This document shows, one piece after another, positions 36,081 through 48,828 of a DNA stretch of 64,000 nucleotides. The position numbers and the translations under genes are program-made. The DNA is taken from positions 62,000,001 to 62,064,000 of the forward strand of contig NC_042999.1 of the NCBI RefSeq assembly GCF_006345805.1. Direction: 5' to 3'. The stretch comes from Octopus sinensis. Taxonomy: Eukaryota. The notes below the pieces were generated by a model. That model did not search any database. It was not told the DNA's origin and saw only the letters and a list, made by a program, of their open reading frames with translations. Every line of letters starts with the position of its first letter. Position 1 is the first letter of the stretch.

Positions 36081-37708
36081 CCTCCTTCTTTCTTTCCTTT
36101 CCTGAGCGTCCAATAACACTATACTTGTTCCCACGTCCTCGCGTTGTTGTGTTTTCTCTTTGTGTTTTCATATTTGGATTGACTATATATAAATATTATA
36201 TATATATATATAAGTAATTCATTCAAGCTGTGTTGCATCAGTTCGGACAGAAAACACGACCTACAACGCTTTTACTCAGCAATGCAGCTCTTAGAAGATC
36301 AATGTCCAGACTACGGAGGATAAGCTCAGTAGATGGCGCAAATCGCTATAGCCGATTATTTTAATCCCTTTCCAAGAGAATTTCTCCCTCAAGTTTGAAA
36401 ATTTCTCCTCTCCTTTTCTCCACTTTATAACCATGGCGACTCTGTGAGCAGCCCCCCCACTAGGAAAACCTCCACATTGGCATCCTGCTTTACATCTAAC
36501 TCAACACTCCTTTTCCGCTCCACCAGCTACACAACTACGAACAGTGACATCCAATAACACTTAAGAACTTCATGAACATTTACCTAAACTGAATGAAACA
36601 TTTTTCAGTATTTTGTAGGCCCCTCTTTGACAAATATTATCGCTTTCATCCAATTAGGCTTGGTGTTAATTAAACTAACAACGACAGGATTATCTGCATT
36701 GTCCCTTTGAAATACTCGTTCTATACAGGATTTTTTTCTCCCCTACAATCATCGAGTTCCAACTTTTCAAAAGAAACGCTAACGATATAAATTTTTTGAC
36801 GCACTGCTTTAGTTACGGGGACATAAACACACCAACACTGGTTTTCAAGCGGTGCTGGGGGACAAACAAAGACGCACACACACAACACACACACAAAGAA
36901 ACCTGTAGAATATATATATATCTATAAAGAAAGACTGACAGGCAGAGATGACAAGTTTCTTTCAGCTTCAGTCAACCAAATCCGCTCAGAAGGCTTTGGT
37001 CGGCCTGAGACTACAGCAAGGAGCAACGCAGTGGGAGTGAACCCGGAACCATGTGGTTGGGAAGCAAGCTTCTTACCACTCAGCCGCCGGCCAAGCCTGA
37101 CCTTTCTTTCTTGGTTCGGCCGCCGTCCGTGCAACATCTATATTCCTCCCTGTGCCTGTGAAATCTTGTATCCCTGCCAGTTATCTATGCAGTTCTACAG
37201 CAGAGAAATGGTTAAAAAAGTGCTTGGAACTGACAGTAGAAGTCATCTTGAAACAAGACTTAGGAGTAATAATAGTTGCGTTGAAGCTCCAGTATGCAGC
37301 AAGGGCTGCATGTATGTTTATCCATTGAAAAATTATAACAAATCCCTAGTCATGTGACGACAACCACTATTACAATCGATTCCACCAGACCAAATGAATT
37401 TTTAGAAAACAAACGTCAACAATACTAACAATATACATGGCGCAGAAATTTCTTATTAACTTACGTGTATTAAACTCAGCACAAAACAGGAGCTCATATC
37501 ACCAGTTTTACATAACCCAACAGACATCATCAACGTTCTCATTACGATTTCTATGAAAAATTTTTCTGAAAATTGTGTGAGCATTATTTTTAGTCTTTCG
37601 AAATGTTTTCAAATTTCAGAGAAAACAATCTCCGATTCTTTAATCACTTGTCGTTTGGATAATTTGAGGAATAATGGAAAGCATTATGCAGACACGAAAT
37701 AATAATCC

Positions 37709-40700
37709 TGTAGCAGAAGTGATTTAAACTGTCATCGTGTGAGATGTTTTCGTTTTGACTCGTCTAGGCTGAAATACTCGGATATCGGATCCACAAGCCC
37801 TTTTCGTTCCAGCAGGTCACATGACCTCGTTATTGAACGAAATTGTTTGTATTGGTCGGTTTCCAACCATCCAATCGTGTTAGTGCAACAGTTCAGTTTT
37901 CCTTTCGCAGGAAATTAATCACCAGCTCCTGGGAGCCTACTATTCCCTACAATAACGGCAGTTCTAGACTGCTCTAGGTCTTTGGCAAACGCCACTGACC
38001 ACATGCAACTCGTCTCCAGCAACGATGTATCTGACACCAGCCAGTCTCCGTTTTCATCTTCCCCACCAGACGCCTGTCTACATCATTGCTGTATGAACAT
38101 CACACAACCAACAGACCAACGGCTGCCTCTACACACCACCAAATAGTACGTCAGCTTTGTCTACCAGATCAGTCCAGTCTAACCACGAATTTCTCTCACA
38201 CATCTTTGTTGTAACCTGATATGTTATTTTATTTCATGTATAGCAATCATTTTTCTTTTTTATAGCGGAGAATAAATCGTCGCCTACCTCTTCTGAATTG
38301 AATCAAATTATTTGTGAAGTTTATGAAAGGCTCTTTCGTATTTCCATACAAATGAAGCAGTGTTAACGTTTAGTAGTTGTGGCAACTACACACTATGTAT
38401 AGTGGTAAAAGAAATCCACGGCTACATCGGTGAACCCGACTCAGAATACACATTCCTTCTCATTTTCCAACTTCAGACATGTTATCTTTGTGGTTGAACA
38501 AACTCTCAACTAGACGCCCTGTCGAGACTGCCGCTGCCGCTTCTGCAATCTTCGAACTGCATTCCATCCTTTGGCACCCTTTTCAAGGAACATTTGTCTT
38601 CTACTGTGCTATTTTGGATTCTGGCACCTTTTTATCATGACGCTTGTAGAGTTATTCTTTGCCATTTACCCCGTTATTCACGGACATTTTAAAGTGGACT
38701 GTCTGTACACAATGAACTATTTGCGTATTTGTACTTTCGAAAGACTGGCTTTACATATTTTGAGCGTGCTTTCACTTTTCAGGATACCTTTTTCACATTG
38801 TTCCTGTTTTTGATTGTTAACTGTTTTGTTCACACATCTTTGACAGTTAAATATTTTTTCTCAACGTTCATATATACATATACACATACATGTTTTCTGC
38901 CCCGTGCTAGCCACTCTGACACTTATATACTGAGCGTTGAATTTTGCATTTGGTCCTGAAATGCTTATTTTGCTTTGTTTTTCTCCTGCTTTAGCAGATT
39001 TTGGACAATTATTTTTTCAATTGTTTGCAACTGTTTGTACACTTTTCTGTACCTTGGCACATTTCTCTTCCGCTACCGGTCTCTTTTTGCATGTTGACTT
39101 TTCTCTATGACAAATGTTCTGGCAGAGGAGTAATCTGTAGCAGAAGTGAACCTGTTGTTTCCATTGGTCGGTTTCCAACCATCCAATCGTGTTAGTGCAA
39201 CAGTTCAGTTTTCCTTTCGCAGGAAATTAATCACCAGCACCTGGGAGCCTACTATTCCCTACAAGAACGACAGTTCTCGACTGCTCTAGGTCTTTGGCAA
39301 ACGCCACTGACCACATGCAACTCGTCTCCAGCAACGATGTATCTGACACCAGCCAGTCTCCGTTTTCATCTTCCTCACTAGACGCCTGTCTACATCATTG
39401 CTGTATGAACATCACACAACCAACAGACCAACGGCTGCCTCTACACACCACCAAATAGTACGTCAGCTTTGTCTACCAGATCAGTCCAGTCTAACCACGA
39501 ATTTCTCTCACACATTTTTGTTGTAACCTTTTGTTATTTTATTTCATGTATGGCAATCTTTTTTTTCTTTTTTTATAGCGGAGAATAAATCGTCGTCTAC
39601 CTCTTCTGAATTGAATCAAATTATTTGTGAAGTTTATGAAAGGCTCTTTCGTATTTCCATACAAATGAAGCCGTGTTAACGTTTAGTAGTTGTGGCAACT
39701 ACACACTATGTATAGTGGTAAAAGAAATTCACGGCTACAGTGGTGAACCCGACTCAGAATACACATTCCTTCTCATTTTCCAACTTCAGACATGTTATCT
39801 TCGTGGTTGAACATGTGTTAACAAACTCTCAACTAGACGCCTTGTCGCGACTGCCGCTGCCGCTTCTGCAATCTTCGAACTGCATTCCATCCTTTGGCGC
39901 CCTTTTCAAGGAACATTTGTCTTCTACTGTGCTATTTTGGATTCTGGCACCTTTTTATCATGACGCTTGTAGAGTTATTCTTTGCCATTTACCACGTTAT
40001 TCACTGACATTTTAAAGTGGACTGTCTGTACACAATGAACTATTTGCGTATTTGTACTTTCGAAAGACTGGCTTTACATATTTTGAGCGTGCTTTCACTT
40101 TTCAGGATACCTTTTTCACATTGTTCCTGTTTTTGATTGTTAACTGTTTTGTTCACACATCTTTGACAGTTAAATATTTTTTCTCAACGTTCATATATAC
40201 ATATACACATACATGTTTTCTGCCCCGTGCTAGCCACTCTGACACTTAAATACTGAGCGTTGAATTTTGCATTTGGTCCTGAAATGCTTATTTTGCTTTG
40301 CTTTTCTCCTGCTTTAGCAGATTTTGGACAATTATTTTTTCAATTGTTTGCAACTGTTTGTACACTTTTCTGTACCTTGGCACATTTCTCTTCCGCTACC
40401 AGTCTCTTTTTGCATGTTGACTTTTCTCTATGACAAATGTTCTGGCAGATGAGTAATCTGTAGCAGAAGTGAACCTGTTGTTTCCATTGGTCGGTTTCCA
40501 ACCATCCAATCGTGTTGGTGCAACAGTTCAGTTTTCCTTTCGCGGGAAATTAATCACCAGCTCCTGGGAGCCTACTATTCCCTACAAGAACGGCAGTTCT
40601 CGACTGCTCTAGGTCTTTGGCAAACGCCACTGACCACACGCAATTCGTCTCCAGCAACGATGTATCTGACACCAGCCAGTCTCCGTTTTCATCTTCCCCA

Positions 40701-41033
40701 CCAGACGCCTGTCTACATCATTGCTGTATGAACATCACACAACCAACAGACCAACGGCTGCCTCTACACACCACCAAATAGTACGTCAGCTTTGTCTACC
40801 AGATCAGTCCAGTCTAACCACGAATTTCTCTCACACATCTTTGTTGTAACCGGTTATGTTATTTTATTTCATGTATGGCAATCATAGTATTTTATAACGG
40901 AGAATAAATCGTCGCCTACCTCTTCTGAATTGAATCAAATTCTTTGTGAAGTTCAAGAAAGTCTCTTTCGTTATTCCAACTAAATGTAACAGTGGCAAAC
41001 CGTGTTATTGTGGTGACTCCACCACTTGTTACA
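37709..41033 (+). mobile_element. Non-autonomous LTR retroelement in tandem form: LTR-int-LTR-int-LTR
   Basis: LTRs at 37709-38426, 39136-39739 and 40459-41033 (TGTAGC...GCTACA, third ends GTTACA). PBS TGGTGAACCCGAC at 39741-39753, with a mutated copy at 38428-38440. PPT GGCAGAGGAG at 39121-39130. 4-bp TSD ATCC at 37705-37708 and 41034-41037. Confidence 0.88.
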
Positions 41034-41268
41034 ATCCATTCTACAATGGGTACAAAACCAAGAATTTTGGGAGAGAAGATTAATCGATAACATTGGCTCT
41101 AGTACTCAACTAGTACTTATTTCATCGACCCCGAAAGAATAAAAGGTAATGTTGACCTCGTAAGTATTTGAAACCAGAACGTAAAGACACGAAATGCCGC
41201 TAAACATTGCCCGGCGTGTTAATGATTCTGACAGCTCGCCGCCTTACATAATAATAATAATAATAATA

Positions 41269-41325
<57 letters not shown>

Positions 41326-41335
41326 CAACAACAAC

Positions 41336-41409
<74 letters not shown>

Positions 41410-41687
41410 TAATAATAATAATAAGTCCTATATCTCAACTCAATTTAAAATAAATTAAAGCCTTGAAAATAAGTGGTTAGAACTTCAATCATCTTTAATG
41501 AGACGATCAATATGTAATAAAATGTTATCGAGATTGTGGAATAGTTAAAATAGCGATATCTAAAAGCTGCCGTTTAAAATATTCCCTATTTTCAATAAGT
41601 TAATGAGGGGGCATCTATGTGGTCACTCAGTCTGCTAGAAATAGCAGTCAAACCCTTAGATCACATCATCATCATTATTATTATTAC

Positions 41688-41770
<83 letters not shown>

Positions 41771-41787
41771 TATAATAATAATAATAA

Positions 41788-41818
<31 letters not shown>

Positions 41819-42300
41819 AAGAAGAAGAAGAAGAAGAAGAAGAAGAAGAAGAAGAAGAAGAAGAAGAAGAAGAAGAAGAAGAAGACCAATAATAATAATA
41901 ATAATCCTTTCTACTAAATGCACAAGGCCCCAGTGTTTCACTGCTACTTATTTTATTGACCCTCGAAAGGGTGAAAGGTGAAATCGACCTCAGTAGAATT
42001 TGAACTCAGAATGTAAAGACTGACGAAATAAAGATTGTACCTGTGATAAGTGGTGCATTATGAGTGTTGATATAGACAAGGAGGAGGAGGAAGGGGAGGG
42101 GGAGGGGAGGGGAGGGGGAGGAGGAGGGGGAGATAAACAGTGTAAGATCATAGACTTTGCAATTCCCTATGATAATAAAGAAGCTGAGTAGCAGAGTTAG
42201 TCTAATCGTCGATACTCGTGTTGCATGTTTAGGTCACTGTGTCCGTATGAGAAGCATTTATGTATTATTATCTATTATTTATGTAATATTCTGCATAAAT

Positions 42301-42970
42301 AAGGCGGCGAGCTGGCAGAATCGTTAGCAGTATTTCGTCTGCCGTTACATTCTGAGTTCAAATTCCGCCGAGGTCGACATTGCCTTTCATCCTTTCGGGG
42401 TCGATTAAATAAGTACCAATTACGCACTGGCGTCGATATAATCGACTTAATCCATTTTTCTGTCCTTGTTTGTCCTCTCTGTGTTTAGCCTCTTGTGGGT
42501 AGTAAAGAAATAGGTATTTCGTCTGCCGTTACGTTCTGAGTTCATATTCCGCCGAGGCCGACTTTGCCTTTCATCTTTTCGGGGTCGATAAATTAAGTAC
42601 CAGTTATGCACTGGGGTCGATTTAATCGACTGAATCCGTTTGTCTGCCCTTGTTTGTCCTCTCTGTGTTTAGCCCCTTGTGGGTAGTAAAGAAATAGGTA
42701 TTTCGTCTGCCGCTGCGTTCTGAGTTCAAATTCCGCCGAGGTCGACTTTGTCTTTCATCCTTTCGAGGTCGATAAATTAAGTACCAGTTGCGCACTGAGG
42801 GGTCGATGTAATCGACTTAATCCGTTTGTTAAGGCGGCGAGGTCGATTTTTGCCTTTCATCTTTTCGGGGACGATAAATTAAGTACCTGTTGCGTACTGA
42901 GGTCAATCTAATCGACTGCCCCTCCCTCCCCAAAAATTTCGGGCCTTGTGCCTAGAGTAGGAAAGAATAT
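42301..42970 (+). mobile_element. Family A SINE tandem array
   Basis: A head is followed by three ~184-bp bodies and a partial fourth. Confidence 0.8.
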
Positions 42971-43414
42971 TCTTACTATAGGATATTGCTATATTCATGC
43001 TGTAGCGTATCGCGCGCCACCAAAAAGAAAAATTTGAACATGCCTCGACTTACCAATAAATGGCAATATTTTTCCTATTTAATGAGAAGTATAATACTGC
43101 GGAATAGCTTCATTAATTCAAGATTAAAATTATTAATATAACGGGGATTTTGTATTTTCTAATCCGAAATTAAGATATCTGACAAAATCGATACAATTCA
43201 ATAATATTTTGTTATCACTGCGATAGACACTTTATTTTTAATTAATTACTTGGTTGATTTTAATGTAAATACAACTGAGAAAAAATAGCAGGTATCTTCT
43301 CTGGAAAATTAATGTGGAAAATGGGTTTTCCAGGGATATGGTGCTTTATATAATACATATTTCGATAAACTATCATGATTTATACAAAAAATATATAGTT
43401 ACCATGTTCATATG

Positions 43415-44052
43415 AGGCAAAATCGACCTCGACGGAATTTGATCTCAGAACGTATCGACAGACGAAATACCTATTTCTTTACTACCCACAAGGGGCTAAA
43501 CACAGAGAGGACAAACAAGGACAGACAAACAGATTAAGTCAATTACATCGACCCCAGTGCGTAACTGGTACTTAATTTATCGACCTCGATGGAATTTGAA
43601 CTACGGACGCAAAGACAGACGAAATACCTATTTCTTTATTGCGCACAAGGGGCTAAACATACAGGGGACAAACAAGGACAGACAAAGGGATTAAGTCGAT
43701 TAGATCGACCCCAGTGCATAACTGGTACTTAATTTATCGACACCGAAAGATGAAAGGCAAAGTCGACCTCGGTGGAATTTGAACTCAGAACGTAACGGCA
43801 AACGAAATACGGCTACGCATTTCGCCCGGCTTGCTAACGTTTCTGCCAGCTCGCCGCCTTGACAAACGGATTAAGTCGATTACATCGACGCCCCCACCAA
43901 CCCAGTGCGCAACTGGTACTTAATTTATCGATCTCGAAAGGATGAAAGGCAAAGTCGATCTCGGCAGAATTTGAACTCAGAACGTAACGGCAGACGAAAT
44001 ACCGCTAAGCATTTCGCCCGCCGCGCTAACGTTTCTGCCTGCTCGCCGCCTT
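43415..44052 (-). mobile_element. Family A SINE tandem/nested array
   Basis: Reverse complement of family A, with two heads ending GCTCGCCGCCTT at ~43860 and ~44052. Confidence 0.8.
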
Positions 44053-44760
44053 ATGTTCATTGCATATAGTTTTGGTAATGACATGTTTGAAGCAACGCTG
44101 GTGTTTAACATTGATATGATATAATGTAGGCTAGATTAAAAATCTATGTATTGGTCATGTCTTGCTTGTATTATCGTTTACTTTTTTAAACTTGTTAAAT
44201 AAACACGTAGTGGAGAATTAGAACAAGGGCGATAATCATTTCTTTGTAATATTTGGTGGGATTGGGAGTTTGAAATAGAAATTAACGATTTAGGAAGATA
44301 CATGGAATATACACATTTAATTCCTTTTTTTTTTCTTTTTTGTTCGCTTACCTATTACGAAGTTCTTAAATTTTCATAATCTTTGTTAATCGTATATAGT
44401 ACTATCTCATTTACAATTACGTTTTTTTTTTTTATTCTATCGGCGATAATCATCAATATAAAGCTGAAATGCAAAAAAGTTGTTTGATTTCTTGGTTATT
44501 TGTCTCATTTTGGGATGGTAACGGTTTAAGGGGCTGTAGATGGGGTCGGGTTGGCGCCAAAATTTATACTGGGAGGTAGAATGGAGTGGGCAATGGTGTG
44601 GGGAGGGTTGCAAGTCGCTCGGGGCGCGAGTACCTGTAATTCTATTTTCTATGTATCTTTCTAAATAAACATACACAAACATATACACCCGCTCAAAAAT
44701 ATAAATATATTTTACACAAACACACATACACACACATATACACAGACACACACATACACA

Positions 44761-44805
<45 letters not shown>

Positions 44806-45427
44806 ACATTCACATTCCTCCCTTATACACGCACACACGTATACTCACAAAGAGTTGAAGCGTTGTTTGATTTTTGTTTCACCGTTGACTTTTCACCATC
44901 CCACTTCCCTCGGTGGATCATCCCTTCCTTTCTCATTCATATGCTGTGTCGGAGAAAAACACAAGAGTATTATTATAGTAGATTATTACTGTAGAAGATA
45001 CACGACGCTCTCTTTGCCACTTCCTCTCTTTCATTGCTCTTACATTCTCTCACTCCCTCTCAGTCGTGACTATTACTCTCCCTACTTCTCCTTCACTGAA
45101 ATGCTATTTTCTCTCCTCTCCTTTCACCATTTACTCCTACTGAGTGATTTTCGTTCCGTTTTCATTTCTCGTTGAGTTCTACGTCTAGTTGTGGTGTCCT
45201 GTACTCACGTATATATTTATATATGCATGTATATATACATGTAGATGTAGGTACGTACATATATGTTTGTATGTATGCATATATTTTATTTATTACACTA
45301 TTGTCTGACAGCGCTTTCGCGTCGGGTTCGTTTCGATTCGTCGCTTCGTTCCGTTTCTTATCCTCCCAGTATTGTTTTTATATATAATTATGACGGGAAA
45401 TTATCTCCCTTTGCTTTACCTTCCCCA

Positions 45428-45471
<44 letters not shown>

Positions 45472-46206
45472 CCTCATCTCTCTCTCTCAGCCGCGTGTCT
45501 TCCTCTATCCCTCTCTCTCTCTCACTCCTCCTCACTTTTGTCACTGCTAGCCAAAACCACTTCCTTTTGCACGCTGCTTTCAAACTGTAAAGTCATGTTT
45601 CCATGCGCTGCTAGAACATCTTCCGTCTAAGCCAGAAAAAAGGCCTTTTCGTTTGTTTTTCTCGTTTGTTTTCTTGTTTATTTTGATTTCTCGTATTGTA
45701 TTTTCTTTTTATTTCTCGTTTTATATTTTCTTGTACATGTATTTTTATCTTGTATTTTATTGTGCAGTTTTATTGTTAAATCCTGTTTGTGTTACATTTT
45801 TTTCGTGCTTGTTTTACCCCTCTGCGAGGTAATTTTATTTTAATTCTCTCGCAGGAAGGCCTGGTGTTGACGAGTCGTGTCCTGTCTTGCCTTCGAAACA
45901 CGCTTGAGTCAACTAGCGACAGCTGATGATTGGGGATTTTTCCTTGTGTAGCATGTCCTGTACTCTGTTTTTCTGTTGTAAAAAAATGTTTTTCCCGTTT
46001 TCGTTTCTCGTCCAGTTCCACGTCTCTGTTTTTCTGATGTAAAAAAATGGCTTTTCCGTTTTCGTTTCTCGTTGAGTTCTACGTCTAGTTGTGGTGTCCT
46101 GTACTCACGTATATATATTTATATATGCATGTATATATACATGTAGATGTAGGTACGTACATATATGTTTGTATGTATGCATATATTTTATTTATTACAC
46201 TATATA

Positions 46207-46595
46207 TATATATACTCTTTTACTTCTTTCAGTCATTTGATTGTGGCCATGCTGCAGCACCGCCTTTAGTCGAGCAAATCGACCCCAGGACTTATGCTTT
46301 GTAAGCCTAGTTCTTATTCTATCGGTCTCTTTTGCCGAACCGCTCAGTTACAGACATGTAAACACACCAGCATCGGTTGTGAAGCGATGTTGGGGGGACT
46401 AACACAGACACACAAACATACACACACACACATATATATACACTTTCAGTTTCCGTCTACCAAATCCATTCACAAGGCCTTGGTCGGCCCGAGGCTAAAG
46501 TAGAAGACACTTGCCCAAAGTGCCACGCAGTGGGACTGAAACTAGAACCATGTGGTTGGTAAGCAAGCTACTTACCACACAGCCACTCCTACGCC

Positions 46596-46596
<1 letters not shown>
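46207..46596 (-). mobile_element. tRNA-derived SINE family B (AGGCGYAGGAGTGGCTGTGTGGTAAG head, internal microsatellite)
   Basis: Complete copy. Further full or partial copies lie near 2015-2215, 26470-26830, 27884-27975, 36815-37085, 46985-47355, 56800-57150, 58018-58478, 58600-58760 and 63200-63330. Confidence 0.8.
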
Positions 46597-46643
<47 letters not shown>

Positions 46644-46758
46644 AATGAAAGAATGGAGTCGAACGACGATTTAACAAAATTCCGTGTTTTCTGACGTGAA
46701 TTTGCTACCCAGGTATCGGTTAACCGAATTATCCATACTAGGATAATTCATTCAACTA

Positions 46759-46806
<48 letters not shown>

Positions 46807-47435
46807 AATATATAAAAACACTACATTCATTATTATATTTAGAGATTATAAATGTATACGTATTATTTCAATAATATTGTTAAAATTGCAGTATGATATC
46901 ATGGAACGTATATTATATACTGCCCAATGTGTGTGTGTTTATATGTGTGTGTGCGTGCGTGCGTGTGTGTGTACGAATGATATATTTAATACATTGGACT
47001 ATGGCCATGCTGTGGCTCTGCATCGAAGGGCTTACTTGACCTAAACGACGCCAGTACTTATTTTTAATTCTGGTACATATTCTATCGGTCCCCTTTTGAT
47101 GAACCGCAAACAAAGCAACGCCTATTGTCAAATCGGGGAGAGCCAAAACAAAAGGTGTTCGACAACATATACACATAAATACGCGCACGCAAGCACACAC
47201 ACACACACACACACGATCAGTTTCTTGAGTTTCCATCAACCGAGTTCAACCACAAGGCGCTAGGTTATAGTTGAAGGTATTTGCCTGAGATGCTACGCAG
47301 TGAGATTGAACTGGAAACTGCGTGGTTGCGAAGCGAAATCACTCGCACCATAGCCGTGAATGCATATATGGATGGATTGATGCATGTATGCATACATATA
47401 TCTATGTATGCATAGACAGACAGACAGACAAATAA

Positions 47436-47529
<94 letters not shown>

Positions 47530-47534
47530 TGATT

Positions 47535-47612
<78 letters not shown>

Positions 47613-47613
47613 C

Positions 47614-47660
<47 letters not shown>

Positions 47661-48828
47661 AAGGGTTTGTGGTTAATCTTCATATTTTGTATCTTTTTAT
47701 TTGTCTTGCTCGCTTACGTTCTGGCGTTTGCTGAATTTTCTTAGTGGTCAGACCATATGGGGTCTATATCTAGCATAATGGATGTCCACTTAGTGGTCAT
47801 CCCACTTATATATATGTAATATGATTTTTCTGAATCTTCAGATTTTTCAATATGCTAGGCCACTGGTTTTAAATTGATATTAATCAAATTAATATTCAAT
47901 TTTTCACCCTTGTTATTTAATTTTAGATAGATACATACATACATACGTACATACATACATACATACATACATACATACATACATACATACATACATACAT
48001 ACACACATACATACACACACATACATACATACATACATACATACATACATACATACATACATACATACACACATACACACACACACACACACATACATAC
48101 ATACATACATACATACATACATACATACATACATACATACACACACACATACATACATACATACATACATAGACAGACAGGTTGTGCCATTTATTGAGCC
48201 GTTGTTTACAAATATAAAGAACATAAAACAATTACTTATTTGTACTCTTAGGGTTCATTACTACTATTATACCAAGCACTGGATTAACCATTTAAAAAAA
48301 AAAGCATGTACTTAGTGCATCAGGGGAGGGTGGGCGCCGCAAAAATAGTAAATGATTTATGGCACAAAAGAAATCATTTTAAACTTGCTAAAAAAACATT
48401 CGAAGTGGTTTATATGATTGGAAATATAATTTTGAAGTGTACATGGTGTCATAACGAGAATTTGATTGAAGTTTTTTCAATTAAAACAAAGGTAGGAGAA
48501 AACTTTTCAAATATAAATAAAATAGAAGTATACAAAAATAAACATTATTTTCCATTTTACTGTTTGAAAAATAAAGATTTATTTAATGGTTTATTATTGT
48601 TTATATTTTGAATTACATATACATGGAGGCACCAAAATCTTTTAAGCGCTTAGGGCCTCTATGGGTCTTAATCCGGCCATGATTATATCTGTTGCTTTTA
48701 CACAAACTACCCTACTGTATTCAAATCAAGTCAGGGTGAAATACCCGACTGAGTTCAGCAATATTTGAAAATTTCTGACCCTGTACTGCACATGTTCGAA
48801 TTGGGAATGTGTTAGGAGTAACTAATGG

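Noticed and set aside
38571-40249. Repeated short ORFs in the tandem LTR element
   Set aside because: They are non-coding internal regions duplicated with the unit. Only a trace pol-like motif is visible.
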